Source of the DNA: Amphiscolops sp. MND2022 | Lineage: Eukaryota | Length of the DNA stretch: 64,000 bases | NCBI GenBank assembly: GCA_964187785.1 | Contig: OZ076409.1 | Span: 97,838,001-97,902,000, forward strand | Direction of reading: 5' to 3' | Part shown: positions 52,327 through 61,861 of the stretch, in pieces | How the letters are laid out: the number at the start of each line of letters is the position of its first letter | Numbering within the stretch: the first letter of the stretch is position 1 | Translations under genes and position numbers: made by a program | Notes under the pieces: generated by a model | Database searches by the model: none | What the model was told of the DNA's origin: nothing | Seen by the model: only the letters and a program-made list of their open reading frames with translations

Positions 52327-53007
52327 TTATAAAAAATTGTGTGGTTCAAGTGGTATTGTTGGTGGTGTGTGTGAAGCTGTGTTAGCTGTCGCGGTAGCTG
52401 CCGCGTTAGCTGTCGCGTGTGAAGCTACTTGTGATTTTGTATGCGAAGCTGTGCGCGAAGCTTCGTGTGGAGCTACCTGAAAATTTTCAAATTGAGTCAC
52501 AAATCGGCGATATTCTTTTTCATCTATATGATTATCTTTTAGGCTAGTAACATAAAGTTGTCTAAAGTCGTCAAGAGTCTTCTGAATAATAGTGTACTTA
52601 AGTTTATAATTTTGCTCCTTTTTCTTCAAATAACTGGAACAAATCTTAACAAGAATACCAGTTGTACAACCAACTCCTGCGGCGATTGGAACAACTATAA
52701 TACCCACAACAGTAATACTTAGTGAGATTGATGCTGAAGTTGTTCCAATCACTATAATGCCATCGAGGGAGTTAATTGGGTTATTTATTAGCTTGTATTT
52801 GTTGTATTTCTGTTTGTATTTCTTTTCTTCCATTTCATAATATTTCATCATTAGACTAATGTTTTGAATAGAATTATTGAAGCTATTTACTTTTTGTAAT
52901 TCGTTTTGCAACGCGCTTTGCAATCGCTTATTTATCATTGATTCTACATCATATGGTGCGGGGGGAGAGGCCGTTGGGGTCATGGAGGGATAGAGTTTTT
53001 GTTCCAT
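52327..53007 (-). CDS. Polinton membrane protein (coiled coil plus Gly-rich hydrophobic hairpin)
   Basis: 226-aa ORF with an ATAAATG start and hydrophobic GIIVIGTTSASISLSITVVGIIVVPIAAGVG. Confidence 0.7.
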   Translation of the reverse strand: MEQKLYPSMTPTASPPAPYDVESMINKRLQSALQNELQKVNSFNNSIQNISLMMKYYEMEEKKYKQKYNKYKLINNPINSLDGIIVIGTTSASISLSITVVGIIVVPIAAGVGCTTGILVKICSSYLKKKEQNYKLKYTIIQKTLDDFRQLYVTSLKDNHIDEKEYRRFVTQFENFQVAPHEASRTASHTKSQVASHATANAAATATANTASHTPPTIPLEPHNFL

Positions 53008-53010
53008 TTA

Positions 53011-53822
53011 TTAATCATATAAAATGAAATTTATTTCCGTTGGTGTTAATTTCATTCTGTGTTTCATATCAACAAGATCTTTAAAATTGTCTTTTCTCAA
53101 TGACTCCAGAATTGATTGTCTGGTAGAATATTCTAAATCAGACAGATAATATTCACCATCTGAAGTAGGTATTGTTTTTCCATACTTTTCCTTTAAATAG
53201 GATTCACTGAAAGTTAGATAATTTGCAAAAGCTTGATCTTTATTGGGAAAGGAATCGAACAAATCTTTGTCATAAAGCAGTTGAATTATGTTGTTAGTTA
53301 TAGTAACTTTATTTTGATCTAGGCTATTAAGAATATTATTTATTTCATCTTCATTTAAAATCATTCCAGCTTGACCCACCTGACTCATAAACTTTAAATT
53401 ACGGACTGTTAACATTTCAAAACTATTGTTGTGTATTAAATTTAGTACCTCATTTACTAAAGCAGTTCTTTGTTCGGCGAAAGATTTTTTCATACTTTGT
53501 TCTAATTTATTTATGGTTTTTGAAAGGTCTGAAAACTGGGAATAAATATCATTCATTAACTTTGTGTTTAATAAAACATCTTGAAGTTCCTGTGGGTCTA
53601 GTGTTTGATGCGCCTTCGCGATAGCTACCGCGTCTAGCATTTTTTCTTCTACTTGATTTTCTATGTCATTTTCAAAATCGCGTTGCAAATCTTCTTTTAA
53701 TTTGAAATGTGTTATTTGGGCTAATTTTTCTTGACTTTTTATCATATCTTTTAGCTCCTGATATTCCCTCAGTTTTAGCTGTTCACTAGAATAACCAAAC
53801 TTATGAAGAGACGGAGTTTCAT
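53011..53822 (-). CDS. Unknown helical protein, possibly secreted (frameshift near the N-terminus)
   Basis: 244-aa ORF. An upstream out-of-frame ATG at 53822 gives the signal-peptide-like MKLRLFISLVILV. Confidence 0.55.
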
Positions 53823-53855
53823 AAATTTATTAAGATGAAAAAGTTGAAAAATACA

Positions 53856-54101
53856 AAACCCATAGGCATGCCATTGGTATTGACATGCCTATGGTAAACT
53901 CAAAGCCCATCGGGAGTCCGTTCCACTAAGAGTTTCCACAGCAGGGATTATCCTTTTTAAGAACTGTGCCATTGGTGATTATTCTCCCATAGCATGTAAG
54001 TTGTAACAAAGACTAGGGGACGTTGGATAGAAGTGAACCCCAAACACTCCGGCCGAAGCCTTAACTTTAGTCAATGCTATAACCACTAAGCTATGGGAGA
54101 C
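53856..54101 (-). ncRNA. Candidate tRNA-derived Pol III RNA (VA-RNA-like)
   Basis: Upstream TATATAA, A-box TAGCTTAGTGG, B-box-like GGTTCACTTC, closing stem TCTCCCATAGC/GCTATGGGAGA, then a 3' hairpin and a T-run. Confidence 0.5.
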
Positions 54102-54155
54102 GAATCAATGTTAGTTGGAGTTATATAAGAATAACGTATGCGCCGGTACATTAAC

Positions 54156-54387
54156 GCTGGTTGTACATTAACGCTGGTTGTACAGCAACGTTGGTTGTAC
54201 ATTAACGCTGGTTGTACATTAACGTGTTATTATTACACATTGCATCATAGAGGTTAGTGAATTTTGCTTCATGGTAAAAACACTACTTTTGATGATTTGT
54301 TTTCTAAAAAGTCCTCAAAATCAATGGTTTTGAGGACTTTTAATTTTTGGCGTTTTGTTGGCCAGTATCGGGATTTCCACTACTACT
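54156..54387 (-). repeat. Polinton right TIR
   Basis: Ends CACTACTACT, followed by the TSD ATTATT. Confidence 0.95.
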
Positions 54388-54889
54388 ATTATTCAATAAA
54401 ATTCAATGTCTAATAAAGCGAGGGTGCAAATTTTTGGAACTCAAACCACGCTAAGGGATTCAACATACAAATATAACTATAACACGATGAAAGTCAAAAT
54501 TAAAGGATATTTCTATGAAATGTTCTTTAAAGACAGAGACACCAAAGTTTATGAAAAACTCAGTTGGAAAGAAATCCGTTGCAATAAAATTCCTTGAGAG
54601 CAAACCGTAAGGTAAAGTTCCTAGGCTTCGGACTCTTGATAATTCTATTGTTATTCCACCTATTTTATTCACAATTATTTTTAAATAACCAACACATGTA
54701 CTGTTTTCATGCTTACAACGTATCAATCACATGTTTTTTAGGCGGCGCTCCATGAAGTGAAACGCGACTATTATTGTGACTTTTTTTCAATCCACACGAA
54801 CTGACCAAAATAGTTCTTAAAAGTTCTACGAAATTTTATGGTCCAAAATTGAATCATTTGACCTAGCGAACTTAACCAAAAAGGTTTTT

Positions 54890-55352
54890 TGTTATTCCGC
54901 GTAACATACCGTATCATGAGAGACTAAAGGGTCCCCCCTTTCAGTTTTTTTCGGCATTGTGAGACTTTTTCTCGAAAAAAGTTTTTTCCCCAAAGAGTCC
55001 CCCTTCAATTTTTTTAATGTCTTGCGACAGAATGGATATTGAAAAATCCCAAAGGGTACCTCTTTCAGTTTTTTCGGCATTGTGAGACTTTTTTTTGGGA
55101 AAAAATTTCCCCAAAAGGTCCCCTTCAATTTTGCAACGATGGATTTTGGAAAATGCGAAAGGGTCCCCCTTTTAGCGCGCTAGGGGTCCGCGCTAGCGGG
55201 CACTTGGCGCGCAAGTTCGGTCGTTTTGGTTTTTCGTGAGTTTGAAATTCGTTTTGTGAGTTTGATACTTTGAGTTTTTTGAGACTTTCATGTAGTTTTG
55301 CTATTTTTGAACCTTAGAAATGGCGCCGACTTATGCCGTTCCCGGCTTGTTT
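54890..55352 (+). mobile_element. HINE family A copy, 5'-truncated
   Basis: Ends gcgccgactt-at-GCCG-ttcc-CGGC-ttgttt; internal aagggtccccct repeats. Confidence 0.7.
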
Positions 55353-55559
55353 AAATTTCCGAAATCATATTAGTTTTTATAAAAAATGATTATGTATTAC
55401 GACAATCAAAATAAAGGAGCAATTACCAAGTAAAAGCAAAGTCTTGTATTCGAACAGGCGAGGGCAAACACATGCACTAGGCATTCCTGTTTCCAAAATG
55501 GCCAGTTGACTTTGATGGCAACCGTCCGTAACTGTTCGTAACGTGCTGTATGTTATGTT

Positions 55560-57050
55560 TTATCGTTTGTTACTCTGCCTAGTTTGAAAAAAAGGCCCTT
55601 AAAGGTTTCAGGAGTTCGGTGACTGGGCACCCAACCCGATGATGGATGATAGAAACCTCTCAGCGAAGAATGTTTATTTGGCAATATGTCTATTTGGCAA
55701 AACAATACTCTTTCTATGATTACCATCTGTTCTATTCTAAGAACCGGGTAGGTTAAGAAAAGAGACAATTCGTAATATAAGAGTTTCTTTACAACAACTA
55801 TACAGTATCAAAAATGAACTTCTAATCCACATAAGATGTAGTTTCTTTTCAAGTTTATCTACTAACAACTTGCTAGAATGCAAGACCGAAACTCCTTCTG
55901 AACCATTTCGGGTAATGGCGTCCCTTTCGTTCAGTTCCACATTGGACTTGTAAAGACATTAAACATTTCTATCATTTTGTTTCATCCCCAAAAATTTACT
56001 GTATAAGGTATGCTACCGTATCTATTCGTGTTTTAGTGTTTCGGCGGTTTGATCGCCGTATATTAGGTTCAGTGTTTTCACCCTGTGAAATCTCGCCGTC
56101 TGTGTGGATCTGGAAAACATCATGTTCCGGGTTCGTCCGGATCGGCGCGCATCGTCCAACGCGTTCCAATGTGTGGTATACACGTTTTGCGGTTTCTTCC
56201 AGCATTTCTTCTTCGCCATCATCGTCTTCGGTATCGGACTCAGTCTTTCAAATTTTTCATTCACGATGTCACGGAGTAATTCATCTCACTGGCCGTATTT
56301 CCCACCCAGCCGACGTAAGCAATGTCTGTTCTTCGGTGTGATTTCACCGCTTGCCAGTGCCGTATCTCTTCGGTTGTTCTTCTTGGTCTGAAACAATGGA
56401 CCCGAAAAAATGTTCGGTGTAATATTTTTCTCGAGTGCGTTTATACGGTGTTTTCGGTTCCGTCAATTGCGGTTTAGATCTCATTTCGAAATCTACCTTC
56501 TAGTGCGTTTTTTTTTTTTTATACGGATTTAAAGTGATAACTAACCGAAGTTTTCTTCTCTGGCGATTACTTCTGCCTCCAGCTGCTCTCGGCGGTATTG
56601 TGGCAGTATTTATATGGTGTTCGGCATTGCTGAGAAGTCGGTCTTTGGTCTTTTTTACGTATTGGACGAACTTCGGCCACCACATGATTCAATAGTTTTT
56701 GAGTTCAAGTACGGTAACCCGTTCAGGTCAGTCTCGTTTGGTAATTGTTGTCTGCTCGTTGAATTTTCCGTCAATTGTGGGGATAATCATTGTGCGGTGT
56801 AAAGTTGTAATGTCTTTCCATTTCTGGTGTAGTTTATCCCATTTAATTGAATTGTTTGTTCTTCGTCAACCGAAGGTTAGCCTCACTCTGTCATGTTTTA
56901 TTCTGGACTTTCAATGTGAAAGTTAGTTTTTCTAAGAGTATCTTGTTCGTACGATCAAAGCTTCCTACTGAGCTCAATGTAGTTCAATTGAACATATTAT
57001 TGTGGCAGGTATCATAGACATGTTTTCAAATACATATAAATGTAACAAAC
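55560..57050 (-). mobile_element. Internally deleted Gypsy-like remnant; ends approximate
   Basis: Gag-start-like WWPKFVQYVK and pol-end-like IRRSNR segments resemble the two ends of the 19627-25505 element. Confidence 0.35.
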
Positions 57051-57116
57051 TATGTCCTCTGATGTTCTAATGCCACTTCAACAACAATAACTAATGAGTG
57101 GATGGAGAGGTCTAAC

Positions 57117-57147
57117 CGCGTGTGGGTGGGGGTGCCGGCGGCAGCAT
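57117..57147 (-). CDS. SLC4: SLC4-like 31-nt micro-exon (may extend 5' to ~57163)
   Basis: cccag|ATG CTG CCG CCG GCA CCC CCA CCC ACA CGC G|gttaga. Phase 0 to 1 bridges exon 59030 and exon 27119. Confidence 0.55.
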
Positions 57148-57171
57148 CTGGGATATTTTGGTACCTCAAGG

Positions 57172-58939
57172 GGCTCTTTTCTGTCCCCCACCGCCAATAT
57201 TAAAAAAATTCCTTCAAAACTTCTGACTATTGTAATTGAAAGTAAAACCTTCTTTCATAACGCTTGAGCGAAACATTTTTAACGAATTTTGACTATGAGT
57301 ATGTTCGAATTAACTTGGTTTTTTTGTGACTCAAAACAAAAAGCTGTTGATTTCTTTATTAACCAGAGCCGCATATGCGGTAAAGGAATCGGCTTAGGTC
57401 TTTTTCCTTCTGACTCGCTCCAATCCCAGTCATACCAATTTATTGGAATTGCACACATAGGACCATACAATAGTGTAGAAAATGACTATAGAAATTTTCG
57501 TTCGAATCGTATGAACAGATTTGGCAAAAGTAAAAAAAAATCGAAAAATGGCTGTTTTTGGCCATTTTTGGATTAATTTAGGCTATGTTCCTCACATCCC
57601 AGCAATACGAATTTGATGAAATTACACACAAAGGACAATAATATGGTGTAGAATGACTGTAAAAAATTTCGTTCGAATCGTATGGACAGTTTTGGCAAAA
57701 GTAAAAAAAAATCGAAAAACGGCTGTTTTTTGGCCATTTTTGGATTAATTTAGGCTATGTTTCTCACATCCCAGCAATACGAATTTGATGAAATTACACA
57801 CAAAGGACAATAAAATAGTGTAGAGTGACTGTAAAAAAATTTGTTCGAATCGTATGGACAGTTTTTGAGAAAACTGAAAAAAATCCAAAAATGACTTGTT
57901 TTTTGGCCATTTTTGGGCTAATTTTGGCTATGTTTCTCACATCCCAGCCATACGATTTTGATGCCATTGCACATATAGGACTCTAGTATGGTGTAGAATA
58001 ACTGTAGACAATTTCGTTCGAATCGTATAGACAGTTTTTGAGAAAATCGAAAAAAGTCGAAAAATCGCCGTTTTTTGGCCATTTTTGGGCTAATTTTGGC
58101 TATGTTTCTTACATCCTAGCCATACGATTTTGATGCCATTGCACATATAGGACTCTATTATGATGTAGAACGACTGTAGAAAATTTCGTTCGATTCGTAT
58201 GGACAGTTTTTGAGAAAATCGAAAAAAGTCGAAAAATCGCTGTTTTTTGGCCATTTTTGGGCTAATTTTGGCTATGTTTCTCACATCCCAACCATACGAT
58301 TTTGATGCCTTTGCGCACGTAGGGGCCCCTTTGGGTGTCGATTGACTGTGCAAAATTTCGTGAAAATCGTATGGACAGTTTTTGAGAAATTTGAGATTTT
58401 CATGAAAAGGTCAGAAGAAAAAAAAACAGCACGATTGCATAAGTAGTCGAAAATTTTTTCCGACTCCTAAAAAACTTTTTTCCGACTCCTAAAAATGATT
58501 TATTCGGGAAAATAGTGTGAACAAAGTTTGTATCTCAATTCCCAACTGTCACCCTTGAAATACATTCAAAATTGGAATGGAAAGTTTCAAAAATTGTTTT
58601 AAACTGGCTTGACTAAAAAAGAAATCTTGTTCCAAAACAGGAAGTTAATTTCTATTGGAACAGTTTTTCGCTCGAACAAAACATTTTTCACTAATTTTGA
58701 CTATAATTATGTTCAAAATTAACTGTTTTTTGTGACTCAAAACAGGAAGCTGTTGATTTCTTTGCCAAAAATGCGTGACTTCATCGGCAAAAATAGTGTG
58801 AACAAAGTTTATATCTCAATTCCAAACTGTCACCTTGGAAATGAATTTAAAATTGAAGGTTTCTGGTTTGTATTCAAGTCTTTTTGATATAACTTTCCAT
58901 TTTTTTTCAAACAATCTGATGGGGTGACAGAAAAGAGCC
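57172..58939. mobile_element. MITE family M copy interrupted by a HINE
   Basis: Both TIRs are present and the internal MITE sequence resumes after 58495. No clean TSD. Confidence 0.7.
57361..58495 (-). mobile_element. HINE family C with six ~172-bp tandem units
   Basis: Units at 57499, 57670, 57842, 58015, 58187 and 58359. Terminal hairpin ccgcatatgcgg; subTIR aggaatcgg / ccgactcct. Confidence 0.75.
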
Positions 58940-59029
58940 GGTGCCTGCGATGGTGATAGGATGTTGCGGCAACGGCTGCTCGGGGGATGCGGCGGAGGCG
59001 TTACTGTCACAAGAGAAGTTGGACCTCAC

Positions 59030-59185
59030 CCTGATGTTGGAGAGGGTGTGTCTCCGGAGGGCCTGTCGGGGGGAGAGGAAGGGTGCAAGGGCGTGGACAG
59101 GGCTGAAGACGGAGTTTAGCTGGATACTGGCCTCAACCACACAATCAGAGGGCACTTTGCTCAGTTCGTGAAGTTCCACGTACAC
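59030..59185 (-). CDS. SLC4: SLC4-like exon
   Basis: ttttcag|GTG...AGG|gtgagg, 156 nt, phase 0 to 0. VYVELHEL matches the band 3 'VYVELQEL' motif. Confidence 0.8.
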
Positions 59186-59232
59186 CTGAAAACAGGGTAA
59201 TTTGGCTCTTTTCTGTCAATCCTAAAACTTAA

Positions 59233-60140
59233 GGTGGACGCCCAAAGACATTACGCCCAAAGCGGACATTACGCCCAATAATTATACATACAACAAACTT
59301 TCAAATTATTGGGCGTAATGTCCGCTTTGGGCGTAATGTCCGGACACCCGTCGCGAAAATCCGATACCCGAGGTGACAGTTGTGCGCAGAAGTATGTTGA
59401 AAAAGGTGTTCGGACATTACGCCCAATAATTATACATACATTCAACGAACTTTCAACGACGCCCAAATGCTGACATTACGCCCAAAAGCGGACATTACGC
59501 CCAAAAGCGGACATTACGCCCAAAGCGGACATTACGCCCAAAAGCGGACATTAGCCCCAAAAGCGGACATTACGCCCAAAAGCGGACATTACGCCCAAAA
59601 GCGGACATTACGCCCAAAAGCGGACATTACGCCCAAAAGCGGACATTACGCCCAAAAGCGGTCATTACGTCCAAAAGCGGTCATTACGCCCAAAACGGAC
59701 ATTACGCCCAGAAACGGACATTACGCCCAAAAACGGACATTACGCCCAAAAACGGACATTACGCCCAAAAGCGGACATTACGCCCAAAAACGGACATTAC
59801 GCCCAAAAACGGACATTACGCCCAAAAGCGGTCATTACGCCCAAAAACGGACATTACGCCCAAAAGCGGTCATTACGCCAAAAACGGACATTACGCCCAA
59901 AAGCGGACATTACGCCCAAAAGCGGACATTACGCCCAAAAGCGGACATTACGCACAAAAGCGGTCATTACGCCCAAAAACGGACATTACGCCCAAAAGCG
60001 GACATTACGCCCAAAAGCGGTCATTACGCCCAAAAACGGACATTACGCCCAAAAGCGGTCATTACGCCAAAAACGGACATTACGCCCAATAATTTGGAAG
60101 ATTGTTGTATGTATAATTATTGGGCGTAATGTCCGCATCG
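59233..60140. mobile_element. TIR element(s) carrying a 19-bp minisatellite (GCGGACATTACGCCCAAAA, ~30 units)
   Basis: TIR cggacattacgcccaataattatacatac at ~59411 and inverted at ~60107-60135; a short second copy at ~59233-59349. Confidence 0.8.
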
Positions 60141-60176
60141 GACCTATTGTGCAAGAAGCATTGAGAAGAGACTGAC

Positions 60177-60334
60177 ATTTGAGAAAGGCACGAAGGGACT
60201 AGTGCGCTCGATGTTGAGGAACATGGTTCGGTTGGAGCGCTGGGGGAACTCGGAGTGCGTGTTCTTGTACTGGCCTCTGCTCATGTGCTTCTGTCTCGTG
60301 TGCTCGAAGTGGTGGTGCTGCATCAACCGACTGA
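60177..60334 (-). CDS. SLC4: SLC4-like 5'-most exon in the window
   Basis: ttttttctgtgcag| ... TCAAAT|gtcagt, with coding-like GC content. Ends in phase 0 and joins PFVPFSN to VYVELHEL. Confidence 0.7.
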
Positions 60335-61358
60335 CTGCACAGAAAAAAGACACACACCTTCTCATCAAATAAACTTCTCTTCATTTGAAAACAAATTACT
60401 TACAACATTTCAAGAAACCAAAAATAGAGATCTCATTAGATTACATAATTCCTCATACGTTTGAGCTAACATTCTATAAGATTCGTTGTGACAAAGTAAC
60501 AAGAAATTCATTACTAAAGCTGAATGAATGTCCGACAGGGATCTTTTTGCATTTTTAGGGTTGCAGAATGTCAAGAACTGAAAGAGGACCTCGTTTGACA
60601 TATAGAAAAATTTATATTGTTTCAAGATCAACAAGTTCTTCCTTGAATACTGACAACATTCGGATGCAAATATTTTAGTCGGCTTTTTTTGAAATATAAA
60701 GAGTGCCAAACTCTTACAGAGGCAAATTTTTTCTCTTTTTTTGAAAGTGCTCACACTGAATGGTCCACTTTTTCAGTGACTTTTAATGTATCTAGGACTT
60801 TTCCATATCTAGGATCACTAACTACAAATATCAACAACGCTAGAAAGTAGCAAAGGCCACATCCTAAAGGGTCCCATCTTTGAGTTTTTCGGCACTGTGC
60901 GAGTTTTTATGGAAAAATACTTTTTTTCCACCAAATTGGTATTTTTGGATAATTTCAGTAAGAGAAAAGCGTTTTCCAATACCGCAGGGCGTGCTTATAG
61001 ATTAGTAGTGTAGGAAAGGGGATTTGACACCAGCGCGAAGGCGCAAGCGTGGCTCGGTCTCATCGCTCACAGCCTCGCTTCGCTCAGCTGCTCACTCTTC
61101 AACCTCCCCCACTTGCTTCACCATTCGCTTCGCTTCGCTCCACTCATGGTGACCTCGCGCTAATGTCAAATCCCCTTTCCTACACTACTCCGCTCCGCTT
61201 CGCCCCATCACTCAATTGCTCACCCTTCAAGTTAATATCAAAATCCCCCTTTCTATACTATTAGTTATTACTCAAACTCAAGGACACTCTCTAACACAAC
61301 ATTCTCACGCTAACGTCAAATCCAAACATTTAATTCAATAAAATATTTCCTTTTAAAT

Positions 61359-61580
61359 ATGGAAACTAAATCTTACACAAGCTGTAAACTTAACAAACCA
61401 ATTACAGACTTTTATAAAAATTGTTTTAAATGTAAACCATGTGAAATTATGAGAGTCAACCAATGGAGGTTAAATAATCCTGAAAAATATTTACAAAAAT
61501 CGAAGGGAGATGAGATGAAGGAAAAACTTAAAGAACAATTCATTTCAAACAATTTAATCTATATAAATGAAAAAGTTTGA
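61359..61580 (+). CDS. Small Cys-rich (Zn-binding-like) protein, possibly a truncated relative of the HNH N-terminus
   Basis: SCKLNKPITDFYK..CKPC..W..NNPE resembles CKVEKPFCEF..CRIC..W.KNNFE at 62630. Confidence 0.5.
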   Translation: METKSYTSCKLNKPITDFYKNCFKCKPCEIMRVNQWRLNNPEKYLQKSKGDEMKEKLKEQFISNNLIYINEKV

Positions 61581-61854
61581 AATAAACGCCACCTTTTTAA
61601 CACAAATAGGCCTAACAATTCTGATATTTAATATCTTGATGTTAGCAGTATTCTCACCACTTATCTTTAAATTTCTAACTAAAACAGAAACTGAAACATC
61701 CAACCAAACAGAAACTCTCAACCAAACATCAACAATATCAGAAACTCTCAACCAAACATCGATAATAGAAATACAAAATGAATCATCTCCAAACCCCCAA
61801 ACCTTCACAACCACAGAAACATTTAATGAGACAGCCAACTCCACTCATTTCTAA
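61567..61854 (+). CDS. Small membrane protein with a Thr/Glu-rich, N-glycosylatable tail
   Basis: Hydrophobic IGLTILIFNILMLAVFSPLIF, then repeated NQT/NES/NET/NST sequons; ATAAATG start. Confidence 0.6.
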   Translation: MKKFEINATFLTQIGLTILIFNILMLAVFSPLIFKFLTKTETETSNQTETLNQTSTISETLNQTSIIEIQNESSPNPQTFTTTETFNETANSTHF

Positions 61855-61861
61855 AATATAA

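Larger units (their letters stand above)
39821..54387. mobile_element. Polinton/Maverick (endogenous polintovirus/adintovirus-like), structurally complete, 14,567 bp
   Basis: AGTAGTAGT termini, ~232-bp near-identical TIRs and a 6-bp TSD ATTATT. Encodes pPolB, rve integrase, A32-like ATPases, adenain-like protease, and major and minor capsid proteins. Confidence 0.97.

Noticed and set aside
53983..54100. Functional tRNA gene
   Set aside because: The anticodon loop is only 4 nt, there are extra arms and there is no canonical T-arm; kept only as a tRNA-like ncRNA candidate.
39821..54387. Bacterial prophage or contaminating viral contig
   Set aside because: Flanked by a perfect 6-bp TSD within a spliceosomal intron, and the gene set is typical of a Polinton.
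59467..60129. 220-aa repetitive ORF, or a CRISPR-like array
   Set aside because: It is a translation of a 19-bp minisatellite inside a TIR element; there are no unique spacers and no cas genes.
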